A DNA stretch of 64,000 nucleotides from Macrostomum lignano (lineage: Eukaryota). The stretch is from NCBI GenBank assembly GCA_002269645.1, contig NIVC01002250.1, positions 1 through 64,000 of the forward strand, in the 5' to 3' direction. Shown here piece after piece: positions 24,236 to 37,130 of the stretch; the stretch's first letter is position 1, and every line of letters starts with the position of its first letter. Both the position numbers and the translations under genes were made by a program. The notes under the pieces were generated by a model, which was not told the origin of the DNA, did not search any database, and saw only the letters and a program-made list of their open reading frames with translations.

Positions 24236-26292
24236 GAGGGTGAGACAGTGGGTGACAGGGTGAGACAGTGAGTGACAGGGGTGAGACAGTGAGTGACAGG
24301 GGTGAGACAGTGAGTGACAGGGTGAGACAGTGGGTGACAGGTGTGAGACAGTGGGTGACAGGTGTGAGACAGTGGGTGACAGGGTGAGACAGTGAGTGTC
24401 AGGGTGAGACAGTGGGTGTCAGGGTGAGACAGTGGGTGTCAGGGTGAGACAGTGGGTGAGACAGTGGGTGACAGGGTGAGACAGTGGGTGACAGGTGTGA
24501 TACAGTGAGTGACAGGGTGAGACAGTGAGTGACAGGGTGAGACAGTGAGTGACAGGGAGAGACAGTGAGTGACAGGGTGAGACAGTGAGTGACAGGGTGA
24601 GACAGTGAGTGACAGGGTGAGACAGTGGGTGACAGGTGTGATACAGTGAGTGACAGGGTGAGACAGTGAGTGACAGGGTGAGACAGTGAGTGACAGGGAG
24701 AGACAGTGAGTGACAGGGTGAGACAGTGAGTGACAGGGTGAGACAGTGAGTGACAGGGTGAGACAGTGGGTGACAGGGTGAGACAGTGAGTGACAGGGAG
24801 AGACAGTGAGTGACAGGGTGAGACAGTGAGTGACAGGGTGAGACAGTGGGTGACAGGTGTGATACAGTGAGTGACAGGTGTGATACAGTGAGTGACAGGG
24901 TGAGACAGTGGGTGACAGGTGTGATACAGTGAGTGACAGGGTGAGACAGTGGGTGACAGGTGTGATACAGTGAGTGACAGGGTGAGACAGTGGGTGACAG
25001 GTGTGATACAGTGGGTGACAGAGTGAGACAGTGGGTGACAGGGTGAGACAGTGGGTGACAGGGTGAGACAGTGGGTGACAGGGTGAGACAGTGAGTGACA
25101 GGGTGAGACAGTGGGTGACAGGGTGAGACAGTGGGTGACAGGTGTGATACAGTGAGTGACAGGGTGAGACAGTGGGTGACAGGGTGATACAGTGAGTGAC
25201 AGGGTGAGACAGTGGGTGACAGGGTGAGACAGTGAGTGACAGGGTGAGACAGTGGGTGACAGGGTGAGACAGTGGGTGACAGGTGTGATACAGTGAGTGA
25301 CAGGGTGAGACAGTGGGTGACAGGGTGAGACAGTGGGTGACAGGGTGAGACAGTGGGTGACAGGTGTGATACAGTGAGTGACAGGGTGAGACAGTGGGTG
25401 ACAGGGTGAGACAGTGGGTGACAGGTGTGATACAGTGAGTGACAGGGTGAGACAGTGGGTGACAGGGTGAGACAGTGGGTGACAGGGTGATACAGTGAGT
25501 GACAGGGTGAGACAGTGGGTGACAGGGTGAGACAGTGAGTGACAGGGTGAGACAGTGGGTGACAGGGTGAGACAGTGGGTGACAGGTGTGATACAGTGAG
25601 TGACAGGGTGAGACAGTGGGTGACAGGGTGAGACAGTGGGTGACAGGGTGAGACAGTGGGTGACAGGTGTGAGACAGTGGGTGACAGGGTGAGACAGTGA
25701 GTGTCAGGGTGAGACAGTGGGTGACAGGGTGAGACAGTGGGTGACAGGTGTGAGACAGTGGGTGACAGGGTGAGACAGTGGGTGACAGGTGTGATACAGT
25801 GAGTGACAGGGTGAGACAGTGGGTGACAGGTGTGATACAGTGAGTGACAGGGTGAGACAGTGGGTGACAGGTGTGATACAGTGAGTGACAGGGTGAGACA
25901 GTGGGTGACAGGTGTGATACAGTGGGTGACAGAGTGAGACAGTGGGTGACAGGGTGAGACAGTGGGTGACAGGGTGAGACAGTGGGTGACAGGGTGAGAC
26001 AGTGGGTGACAGGTGTGATACAGTGAGTGACAGGGTGAGACAGTGGGTGACAGGTGTGATACAGTGAGTGACAGGGTGAGACAGTGGGTGACAGGTGTGA
26101 TACAGTGGGTGACAGGGTGAGACAGTGGGTGACAGGGTGAGACAGTGGGTGACAGGGTGAGACAGTGGGTGACAGGGTGAGACAGTGGGTGACAGGGTGA
26201 GACAGTGGGTGACAGGTGTGATACAGTGAGTGACAGGGTGAGACAGTGGGTGACAGGTGTGATACAGTGGGTGACAGGGTGAGACAGTGGGT
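24236..26292. repeat. 20-bp minisatellite (GGGTGACAGGGTGAGACAGT), copy 2
   Basis: Same unit, and shares the diagnostic run of three TGTC-variant units plus a half unit with copy 1. Confidence 0.95.
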
Positions 26293-27051
26293 GGCTAACC
26301 ACAATGGCTCGACAGCAGTATAAAGCTTTCAATGGCATCAATCAATCAGCCTTCTCTTCCTTTCTGCATATTTTGCTACAACAAATATTCACCTCATCAG
26401 CGCTGCGGTCTCCTGGGCCCCCGCGGCCGCCGCCGACTCTCAATGCACGCAGGTCCTCGCTTAATTTGTATGGAAATTCAAATTGGGCCGTGGGACCCCG
26501 CGGGGCCACAGGTCAGCAGCCCCGGCAGCCGCTGACCCCTTGACCCCTGCGACTTCTCAAGCGGGATCTCTGGTGGGGACTCAGCATCCCGGGGTCGGTT
26601 CGTGCGTGTTTTTTCTTCCAACAGTGAAATTCAATTTTCAGGGGCGGGAGCAAAGGGAAGGAGAGTGCTTTTGAAGATTCCCCGCTTCCCTTCTCTGGCT
26701 GATCCCATGGGAGGAGTTCATTCGAGCCAGCGCTGCGGGTTGGGAAAAGCGAAAGTTGGGCTAAAAATGATTTAACAGCAACGAGAGGAGGCTGGCTCTG
26801 CATCGATACAGTAGCGATTGAGGTGGAGGAGAATTGTGTAACTACTCCAGTTCTTAGGGAGAAATATCCCCAAGAGACAAGTTTCCCGCATTAAGTGAGT
26901 GAAGGGGAAAGAATTGGAAACGAAAAATTTGCTTAGGAATTGAAAACATTCCTGCGAGAGCTTCAACTGAGAGTGGATGCCTTCGCAAATGGATTCGTCA
27001 GGGGCGCTTGGGGTGGCCGATCTAGCGATTTGATAGATAGCTCTGAGGCAT

Positions 27052-27535
<484 letters not shown>

Positions 27536-28277
27536 CCTCACCAGCAGGCAAAGCTGTGCAGTAGTTGACAATCAACTGCAGCCATTGGCATTAGTTTTGC
27601 TAGCTATTATATATTTGCACGAACAGCTTACAGTAGCTCAACAAAATTTAATTATTTATAAAATTGGGTCACGTGATGCAGCAGCAGAGCAGATTACTGA
27701 GGGCTAAAATTGTAACCAAATCGGGGGTCAAAAATTGCAACACTTGGATTAGCAAAACGCTGAGAGACAGTTAATTCAGGTTTGTGGCTAGAAAAGATCC
27801 CTGAGGCAAAAATCATGGCTGACAATGATCCTTTGGATTCCAGCATGGATTGCACAGTTGCGCAACCATTGTTTGTCTGCATGGCTAGCAAAATCTGCTC
27901 AGCCCGTGTTTGTGGTCTCAAAGTCAGTTTGGGGAAGAAATTAAGCGACATTTCAATCAAAGGTTGTGTGGATTTACAGGACAGAAGAGTAAAGGAATTC
28001 AACTGTAAAGCAGCTGCAATCAGGTGTGTAAAGGGAGCAACAGCTGACAGACAATGATTATAGCTCGTACAAGAGAGTTCGGTCCTTGAGACGCAAAAGC
28101 CTGAGGACAAGGAAATGTACAAATAAACATTAAAAACAGTTTGTTCAGTAATGAAAAGTAGAAAACATTAGTGGTGGAATTGAACACGGCACCTACGCAA
28201 GTGTTATGCTAATTACTGGTATTATTAAATAGATCGCCAATGCGTGTAACAGCGATAACAGCTCCTGCAATCCGCCG

Positions 28278-30527
28278 CTAGGGCAGAACCGGCCTGCAGA
28301 CTCTGCGCCCGTCGCCAAGGCAGTTGAAGGCGTCGGCGAATCCCGGGAGTCGCGCCAGCAGGCGGCCGACCCGGTCAGGCAGCGGCCCCGCCCGGCCCCA
28401 CCGGTGCCCCGGCACCGCCTTCTGGCAGTACAGCTGGCTGACCGACACGAAGAATTCCCGCCTGGCTGCTGGAGATGCCGGTGATGTCGGAGATGTCATT
28501 CTCAGCGCCGCGGCGGCCGCGGTAAACTCGACGAAGTCTCGACGGACGGCTGCCGTCTCGGCGTCCAGACAGTCGGCAGCTGAGCGGTTGAGCGCGGCTG
28601 GCGGCGCCTGGGCGACGGCCCGGCTGGCCAGCTCGTAGGCCAGCAGGAAGTCGAGCTGGCGCGGCCGCGGCAGCAGCGCCGGCAAGTAGAAGGCCAGCGG
28701 ATACGGGAACCGGCGCCCCTGGTCGTCGAGGGCGTCGCGGAAGAATCGCGGCGGCAAAGGCGGCGCCGGCGTCGGCAGCGGCGGAGCTGCGGAGGCGGCG
28801 TGAAAGGCGAGGCGGTGGGCGGACAGGCGGCGGTGGCGCAGGGCATCCAGCAGGCCGGGCAGGAAGGCCGCATCGGCTGGCAGGCGGAGGTCGCCGTACT
28901 GGTTCAGCAGCCGCTCCTCGCCACCGAGGCCGCCGAAGTCAGTCGGCAGTCCCAGGACGGGAACTTTGGGACGGCCTGCCAGGCGAGGGTCGCCGCCGGT
29001 CTCCGCCAGCAGCGCCGCCCTGGCCGCCTCTGTCCGGTCGGCGGCAAGCCGCAGCGGCCCGGCCCCGGGGCTGAGGTGTCTGGCAGCGAAGGTCGCTAGC
29101 AAAGCGTCGGGGAACAGGCGGTGCAGACTGCGCAGGCACCGCTCCGGCCTGTCGCCATCAGCGAACCTGTCGGGATGCTCGCCAGCCGGCGCCACCTCCG
29201 TCGGCAGAGCGTCGCGCAGCTCGTGGAAGTGCGGCCTGAGCGCCACCAGCGAGTTGACGAACGCGTAGCCAACCAGCGTGTCCGGGTCCTGCCGGGACGC
29301 CAAGTCGAAGAGACGCCGCAGCCGGTCGGGCTGCCTGGCGCAGACCCGGCTGTACTTGCCCTCCGCCCAGGCTGGCAGGATGAGGCTGCGGAAGCTGGCC
29401 CAGCCGGTGGCGCCGTTCGGGAACAAGCCGGCAAGACCGGCGGCGTCCAGCAGATGGTCCTCCGGGGCGGCCCGGCTCTCGCCGTCTAGCAGCTGATGCA
29501 GCGCCACGTGGTAGGCGGCCATCTTCTCCACAATGAGGTAGGGGACCCCGCGCTTGGCCAAGCGGAAGGCCGCCTCGACCAGGCGGACCAGGCGGTCCCG
29601 GCCGACACCCGCCAGGCCGCGGGGTGGCGCCGGCGTCAGGCACAACGGCAGCGAGTCAGCCGGAATCGCTGACCCCGGCACGGGCGATACCAGATCCACC
29701 CCGGCTGGCAAGTCGTGCACCAGGAACTGAGCGAGGACCCGCTCCGGGGAGTGCTCGAAGCCCCAGACCACCGACTCGGCGCCGAACACTGACATGGGGG
29801 TGAAGCGGGTCGGGTCGGAGAAGGCGGAGACCAGCTGGGTGGCGGTGAGGCCGGCCGAGGAGGCGCAGGCGCGCGTCAGGTTGGCCAGCGCCGCCTGCCA
29901 GGCCGGGCGCTGCCCCGGCGCCGGTGTCAGCAGCGTCTCCAGCAGCAAGTCCCTCAGGCGGAGCTGCAGCTGCCTGATGGCGCTGGTCTCTCGCTCGACG
30001 CCCCGCCCGGTCCAGCGCAGGCTGACGGCGGCGTTGAATCTGCCGCAGGCGGCGGCGTAGAGGCCCCCGTCGGGGTCGCAGACGCCAGCCGCTGTCGACG
30101 TTGGGTCGGCGAAATCGGCCGCGTCGCCGCTCGCCGACGCCTGCCGCCAGCCGTCGGACGGCGCGGCCAGCAGCATCGACGAGGACGCGGCAGGGGAGAA
30201 TCGCCGCCTGGCGCTGCCGCCGCGGCCGCAGTCGCCGGAGTTGGCGCCGAAGGCTGTCAGGGCGGTGCGGCCGTCCAAGAAGAAATAGAACAGGCAGAGT
30301 ACGGCGAACCCGGCGGCCAGGAGAGTCAGCAGGCCGGCCAGCACGCAGGTGGTGGCGCGGCAGCGGCCGCCCTGAAGTCGCCGACCGCAGCAGCCGGTGG
30401 ATTTGGTCGCAGCCTCAGCATCCGAAGCCGCAGATGACGAGGCGGCGGAGTTGGCAGCGGCGGCTCCAGACGAGGCGGCGGGGATCAGAGATTCGTCCTT
30501 GCCAGCTGTACCGTTGGACGTTGTCAT
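28278..30527 (-). CDS. Neprilysin/ECE (peptidase M13)-like type II membrane protein, probably catalytically inactive; ORF stays open upstream to 30821
   Basis: TM helix CVLAGLLTLLAAGFAVLCLFYFFL, CDPDGGLYAAACGRF (compare PCEDFYQYACGGW), LAFYLP (compare NAFYSP), C-terminal RVGRLLARLPGFADAFNC. HEXXH is replaced by YELAS. The start codon is uncertain (30527 or 30821). Confidence 0.8.
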   Translation of the reverse strand: MTTSNGTAGKDESLIPAASSGAAAANSAASSSAASDAEAATKSTGCCGRRLQGGRCRATTCVLAGLLTLLAAGFAVLCLFYFFLDGRTALTAFGANSGDCGRGGSARRRFSPAASSSMLLAAPSDGWRQASASGDAADFADPTSTAAGVCDPDGGLYAAACGRFNAAVSLRWTGRGVERETSAIRQLQLRLRDLLLETLLTPAPGQRPAWQAALANLTRACASSAGLTATQLVSAFSDPTRFTPMSVFGAESVVWGFEHSPERVLAQFLVHDLPAGVDLVSPVPGSAIPADSLPLCLTPAPPRGLAGVGRDRLVRLVEAAFRLAKRGVPYLIVEKMAAYHVALHQLLDGESRAAPEDHLLDAAGLAGLFPNGATGWASFRSLILPAWAEGKYSRVCARQPDRLRRLFDLASRQDPDTLVGYAFVNSLVALRPHFHELRDALPTEVAPAGEHPDRFADGDRPERCLRSLHRLFPDALLATFAARHLSPGAGPLRLAADRTEAARAALLAETGGDPRLAGRPKVPVLGLPTDFGGLGGEERLLNQYGDLRLPADAAFLPGLLDALRHRRLSAHRLAFHAASAAPPLPTPAPPLPPRFFRDALDDQGRRFPYPLAFYLPALLPRPRQLDFLLAYELASRAVAQAPPAALNRSAADCLDAETAAVRRDFVEFTAAAAALRMTSPTSPASPAARREFFVSVSQLYCQKAVPGHRWGRAGPLPDRVGRLLARLPGFADAFNCLGDGRRVCRPVLP

Positions 30528-30864
30528 GGTAACGGTGAAGCCAACGGACGCTTCCGAGCGTTTTCTGGCGTGTTTTTGAATCTTTTCTGCAAAAGAAAGT
30601 AGCGGGCGCCGAAAGCAGAAGACTTGCTTTGAAGTGGGAAGGGTAGCTATTGCTGCTTCTAGAGGAAGGCTTGGTTGAGTTTTTATGCAGGGGAATTCAG
30701 TGGCGGAAGGGCAGAGCTGATTGGACTGGGGAATCGCATGGGGTCGGCTGGATTGGCCGAGGTGGTCACGAGTATTAGGCCGGGGAGACCCAGAGCCAGG
30801 GTCTGGAGCGGCATGGGTCATGTTTCCTGGAAAATGTCTCTAAATTAACGCTAAATAAACAGAA

Positions 30865-31206
30865 CTCCTTGACTTCACCGAGGGTGCTAGCGGCAACTCC
30901 AGACTCTGATACTAAATCTCCTTGACTTCACCGAGGGTGCTAGCGGCAACTCCAGACTCTGATACTAGATCTCCTTGATTCCATTGAGGGTGCTTGCGGC
31001 AACTCCAGACTCTGATACTAGATCTCCTTGATTCCATTGAGGGTGCTTGCGGCAACTCCAGACTCTGATACTAGATCCCCTTGATTCCATTGAGGGTGCT
31101 TGCGGCAACTCCAGACTCTGATACTAGATCCCCTTGATTCCATTGAGGGTGCTTGCGGCAACTCCAGACTCTGATACTAGATCTCCTTGATTCCACTGAA
31201 GGTGCT
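30865..31206. repeat. 53-bp tandem repeat, about 6.5 copies, upstream of the M13-like ORF
   Basis: Units start at 30865 and 30918 (period 53) and continue. Confidence 0.92.
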
Positions 31207-31884
31207 GGTTGGTGGGCAAACCAAGTGACAGCAGGGCAACGGACACATGCAAAGCAAAAGTGTTTGTGTTTCTGCCCGCGTCTGCTGTTGGCATTGAGAT
31301 ATAGGTAACGAGGCCAGCGCTAACGGGAAGTGCGCTTCTGCCCTGGGGCTCTGCTTTTTTGCTCCCCTCCTTTTATCCCAGATTCCGGAGACCGGCGGCT
31401 TCAGAACGGGGGTTCGTTCAGAATTATTGACAGCAATGAATTAAAAGACAGGCAGGCATCCTGATAAAACAGCTTAACAAGAAGTTTTTTGTCATAGTTC
31501 ACCCCGTCATCTTTTCTTAATAAATCTCCCCTGTTTGTTGATCCTCATGCTCATGATCACAAAAAAATGAAATTGCGACAGTAATCTGGGGATAAATAGA
31601 GAAGCAGGGGATATAGCACGAGGAAAATGGAGAAATGATATTGAAGCAAGCATAGCTTCCTTCTCACTATAAATCCTAATGTTCCCAATTCCTTTTTTAT
31701 CTTTATCCCAAAAGATCCCCCTCCTACAGACAGACGGTTAGGACTCGGCAATGCCCCAATCCCAGAAAATACAAGAACGTGTCAGCGCATTTCTCGTCTT
31801 TATTTTGTTTGTATCCTCAAATGACCCCAGTCTCCTAGATGTCTGCTTCAGGCATTAAAGTTTCTCGGTCACCAGCAACACAGA

Positions 31885-31917
31885 GAACTGCTTATTTGCT
31901 TTCGCTTTGCTTTTATA
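31885..31917 (-). promoter_or_regulatory. Candidate TATA box plus initiator for the M13-like gene
   Basis: Minus strand CCTATAAAAG (TATAAAA at 31917-31911), with GCAGTT Inr-like sequence about 28 nt downstream. An acceptor TTTTCCAG lies just before ATG 30821. Confidence 0.35.
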
Positions 31918-32223
31918 GGCGGCTGTGTTCGACTCGACTCCCCACCCAACCCGCCTTGATTGCCGATGCGTGATTTGCCGCTGTTCCGATTGTCTGTGCG
32001 ATTACGCAACTCCCGATTGCAGACAGACCGCGGCACAAACACTGCACGGAGATACAGAGAATTACAAGCTGCATACATCTGCACAAAATAATAAAAAGAT
32101 TTACGGCACTGTCAAATCTCCTTTATCTTCTGCGTTTCCTGAAGGATTTTCACTTCAACTACGAGTACCAGGAGAGGAAGTGTACGAATATTGTGCGGGC
32201 TTTGACCAAGGGTTGACAAGATA

Positions 32224-32430
32224 CTCATTTTAGCGCCGCAGGCACTCATTTTAGCGCCGCAGGCACTCATTTTAGCGCCGCAGGCACTCATTTTAGCGCC
32301 ACAGGCACTCGTTTTGGCGCCGCAGGCACTCGTTTTGGCGCCGCAGGCACTCGTTTTGGCGCCGCAGGCACTCATTTTAGCGCCGCAGGCACTTATTTTG
32401 GCGCCAAAGGCGCTATATTTTGGCGCCCTG
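32224..32430. repeat. 21-bp repeat (TTTTAGCGCCGCAGGCACTCA), possibly a MITE/transposon subterminal repeat
   Basis: About 8-9 copies. The transposon link is inference only; no termini were identified. Confidence 0.75.
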
Positions 32431-33567
32431 AAGCAAAATTATTGATTTCAACAACGGGTCACAAGGTGGGATGGGTGGACAAAGCATTGGCATGCCCCCT
32501 CATAGCTTTGGGGGGACATTGGGTTGCCGACACCCCTGGATCGTACTGTTGGTTGTCACGCTGGGCGACTCGAGTCTAGCTGGATGCTGGGATGGGAGCA
32601 GCTGCGTCATCAAGTTGTCAAGGGAAAGAGATGATAGGCATCTCTGAATAGCGGAGTTGAAAATTTCACAAATTGCTTTTTTTCTGTCCAACTTATGCGA
32701 CATAAGAGGCACTTCAGTCATCCCCCTCCCATCTCCTCTCCCTTCTCTCCCGTCTCCCTTCTCTCCCATCTCCCTTCTCTCCCGTCTCCCTTCTCTCCCA
32801 TCTCCCTTCTCTCCCGTCTCCCTTCTCTCCCGTCTCCCTTCTCTCCCGTCTCCCTTCTCTTCCGTCTCCCTTCTCTCCCATCTCCCTTCTCTCCCATCTC
32901 CCCTCTCTTCCTTTCTCCCTCGTCCTTTGACCCTCACCCATTCCCTCCTCACTCTCTCCCGACCCCACTCTCACTCTCATGTCCGCTCTCTCCGCCCCAT
33001 CCAGTGCTGCAGTAGGCTTGCTTCCATGTCTGCTCTGGCAAGCACTTCTCTCCCTCAGCAGAGTGACACAATTTCATCGATTGCAGAGTGAGCTGTGACA
33101 GGCAGAAGCAGCAGCAGCAGCAGGAGGCCTCAGGTGAAAAAATAATATAAAATAATTGCCACTTGACTGACAGGGAGATCACTGCCCGGGCTGAGATGGT
33201 TGAAAAAAGTGCCAGGTGAATAGAGAAACGAGCTGAGCCCTTGGCGCAGGTGTGCTCAGAACAATATGTGCATATTTTAGAAAAAAACTAACTGATAACT
33301 TCTGGTGCGATGAAAAAATTGTTGTCGAATCAAAACCTTCTTGACGTTTCGTCTGAGTGGCTCACAGTGGGATCTCGACGGGGGGGTGGCAGAGAATGGG
33401 ATTAATTATTCATCTAGACTGAGCAGGGTGGATCGCTTGAGCCTTTTAACAGACAGGTGCTGCCTGCTGTGCGACCCGGAGGAACAGCACACAGGGGATC
33501 TGGATCTGAAGCTTAAAAACTTCTTCCTGAAAGTCTGTCGCAATCATAATCATTATTATGCGTCCTG

Positions 33568-33996
33568 AGATGACGCCAAGACATTGAGGGTCTGGCGCCA
33601 AGACATTGAGGGTCTGGCGCAAAGAAATTGAGAGTCTGGCGCCAAGGCATTGAGGGTCTGGCGCCACGACATTGAGGGTCTGGCGCCATAGCATTGAGGG
33701 TCTGGCGCCAAGGCATTGAGGGTCTGGCGCCAAGAAATTGAGAGTCTGGCGCCAAGACATTGAGGGTCTGGCGCCAAGGCATTGAGAGTCTGGCGCCAAG
33801 ACATTGAGGGTCTGGCGCCAAGACATTGAGGGTCTGGCTTAAAGACATTGAGGGTCTGACGCCAAGACATTGAGGGTCTGGCGCCAAGGCATTGAGGGTC
33901 TGGCGCCAAGACATTAAGGGTCTGGCGCCAAGACATTGAGGGTCTGGCTTAAAGACATTGGGGGTCTGACGCCAAGGCATTGAGGGTCTGGCGCCC
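33568..33996. repeat. 22-bp minisatellite (GACATTGAGGGTCTGGCGCCAA)
   Basis: Read directly. Confidence 0.92.
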
Positions 33997-34549
33997 AAAC
34001 GTTCGGAATCAGGCAGCCGCTACTCTCTCACCTACTATCACAATTCCTTAGAATTGCACTCGCGTCCCCAGTTCTGGTCAGAACAAACTAATAACAACCC
34101 CCACCCATTCAGTACCGCATCGTGTCTTAGCGCGCAAACATTTCTTATAGTAACCATGGCGCTATTTATCGCGTGCAAATTGAGTTCTCGCTTTACATGA
34201 GGGATTTCATACTCGTATTTTCCCAAATTAATAATCAAGGGATATCCGAAACATCTGCTTACAGTTCAGCAGTTTCCTTTTTAGGTAATGCAGCTCGTAA
34301 TTGTGAAACATCTGTCACAAAAACTGGTACTATTCTTTGTTTGTTAACCATTATATTCCTAGAAATGGAATGGAAACATTTCGCACTCCATAAAACTGTT
34401 TTTTGAAACTTAGGAGAGAAAAAATCGAGCGGCCAGCAACAGAAAGGCTGAGCAAAAGAGGGGCTTTGAAAGAATGAAAAAGAGAGAAGAATGGAAAGGT
34501 GGAAGAAACACGTGGACTGGAGGAGAGTGGCTGAGGTAGTGACAGAGGA

Positions 34550-35990
34550 GAGTGACTGAGATGAGCGTGACCGAGAGGCGAGTGACCGAGAGGCGAGTGA
34601 CCGAGAGGCGAGTGACCGAGAGGCGAGTGACCGAGAGGCGAGTGACCGAGAGGCGAGTGACCGAGAGGCGAGTGACCGAGAGGCGAGTGACCGAGAGGCG
34701 AGTGACCGAGAGGCGAGTAACCGAGAGGCGAGTGACCGAGAGGCGAGTGACCGAGATGAGAGTGACCGAGATGAGAGTGACCGAGATGAGAGTGACCGAG
34801 ATGAGAGTGACCGAGATGAGAGTGACCGAGATGAGAGTGACCGAGAGGCGAGTGACCGAGAGGCGAGTGACCGAGATGAGAGTGACCGAGATGAGAGTGA
34901 CCGAGATGAGAGTGACCGAGTGAGAGTGACCGAGATGAGAGTGACCGAGATGAGAGTGACCGAGATGAGAGTGACCGAGATGAGAGTGACCGAGATGAGA
35001 GTGACCGAGATGAGAGTGACCGAGATGAGAGTGACCGAGATGAGAGTGACCGAGATGAGAGTGACCGAGATGAGAGTGACCGAGATGAGAGTGACCGAGA
35101 TGAGAGTGACCGAGATGAGAGTGACCGAGATGAGAGTGACCGAGATGAGAGTGACCGAGATGAGAGTGACCGAGATGAGAGTGACCGAGATGAGAGTGAC
35201 CGAGATGAGAGTGACCGAGATGAGAGTGACCGAGATGAGAGTGACCGAGATGAGAGTGACCGAGAAGAGAGTGACCGAGATAAGAGTGACAAAGAGGAGA
35301 GTGACTGAGAGGGGAGTTACAAAGGATAGTGACAGGGAGGCAGACAGTGACAGGAGGCAGACAGTGACAGGGAGGCAGACAGTGACAGGGAGGCAGACAG
35401 TGACAGGGAGGCAGACAGTGACAGGGAGGCAGACAGTGACAGGGAGGCAGACAGTGACAGGAGGCAGACAGTGACAGGCAGAGAGTGAAAAAGAGGCAGA
35501 CAGTGACAGGGAGGCAGACAGTGACAGGGAGACAGACAGTGACAGGGAGGCAGACAGTGACAGGGAGGCAGACAGTGACAGGCAGTGAGTGAAAGAGAGG
35601 CAGACAGTGACAGGGAGGCAGACAGTGACAGGAGGCAGACAGTGACAGGGAGGCAGACAGTGACAGGGAGGCAGACAGTGACAGGGAGGCAGACAGTGAC
35701 AGGAAGGCAGACAGTGACAGGGAGGCAGACAGTGACAGGGAGGCAGACAGTGACAGGGAGGCAGACAGTGACAGGGAGGCAGACAGTGACAGGAGGCAGA
35801 CAGTGACAGGGAGGCAGACAGTGACAGGAGGCAGACAGTGACAGGAGGCAGACAGTGACAGGAGGCAGACAGTGACAGGCAGAGAGTGAAAGAGAGGCAG
35901 ACAGTGACAGGGAGACAGACAGTGACAGGGAGGCAGACAGTGACAGGCAGACAGTGACAGGGAGGCAGACAGTGACAGGGAGACAGACAG
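34550..35990. repeat. Compound minisatellite: 15-bp (GAGTGACCGAGATGA / GAGAGGCGAGTGACC) then ~18-bp (GACAGTGACAGGGAGGCA)
   Basis: Read directly; the unit switches near 35310. Confidence 0.92.
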
Positions 35991-36849
35991 GGAATAACTG
36001 GAACTGGGAGCAAACGCGCCAGCCGCATCCCGGAACCGCTGACTCATGATCTTAATTACGAACACAAAAGCTTTGCTGCCCCTCTCACCTGGAGGCTACG
36101 CAGATGCCAGCCAAGACCCGCTAATGACTGAAGCAGGCAAAAGCAGCTAAATAAAGCGCGCGGAGACCACAACTGCTGGGCCCCTAAGGCGAGAAAAGGC
36201 AGGCACTGAAGGGCGAACGGGGCTCGCGTGCGACCGCCCCCCCCTCCTAGTTTCCGTCTCGAGATGAGATCTCAAAGGTCTCAACTGTGTCAGTGGCTCC
36301 GCCTTGCGCCTGGCAACTGGGACCTGAGAAACCTTACGACTAAAAAACGCCAAAATCTTGGCAACCGCATCGAGCGCCCCCCCCCCCCCCCCAAGACATT
36401 CTGAGTCGCTCTCGCCCACGCCGCCCAGTTATGCCGTGATCTATGGCATTGGCACTGGGAAAAGGGGAGTGAGCTAGGGAGATGAAGATGGATGAAGCTG
36501 GGTAAGCAGAAAATCGCATCCTTCTCTCTTCTATCTGTCTACCCCCCATACTCTGGCGGCTGCATTGAGCCAGCAATCTAATCTAAGCCTGCTTCGCTGG
36601 CCGCGCAGATGGAATCGGGGCTGAGCTGAGGTCTTCTCAACTGACTAGCGGACCGAATTGAGAAATAACAAACGAGTGGCGACCTTGGGGGACTGGCGAC
36701 TTTCACTCGGGTTTTGCCTGCGTCCCGGCTGTCTTACAAGCTTTAAAACTTGTGTCTGTCTTGCACTGGAGGATTCTGGACTGAAGCCGCGACTGTTGGT
36801 TTCTCCGCTACATCATTATCTCTCTGAGTGAGTCATACGCTACCCTACT

Positions 36850-37130
36850 CTCTTATCTCCCTCTCTCTTATCTCCCCTCTCTTATCTCCCTCTCTTTTAT
36901 CTCCCTCTCTCTTATCTCCCTTTCTCTTATCTCCCTCTCTCTTATCTCCCTTTCTCTTATCTCCCTCTCTCTTATCTCCCTCTCTTTTATCTCCCTCTCT
37001 CTTATCTCCCTTTCTCTTATCTCCCTCTCTCTTATCTCCCTTTCTCTTATCTCCCTCTCTCTTATCTCCCTTTCTCTCATCTCCCCTCTCTTATCCCCCT
37101 CTCTTATCTCCCCTCTCTCTCTCCAATCTC
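36850..37130. repeat. 15-bp CT-rich repeat (CTTATCTCCCTCTCT)
   Basis: Read directly. Confidence 0.88.

Larger units (their letters stand above)
19889..24241 (+). repeat. Direct duplication of the U2 3' part and ~350 bp flank (19889-~20395 and 23735-~24241), continuing into the same minisatellite
   Basis: Constant offset of 3846 with no indels and about 6 substitutions in ~500 bp, counted by eye. Confidence 0.9.
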
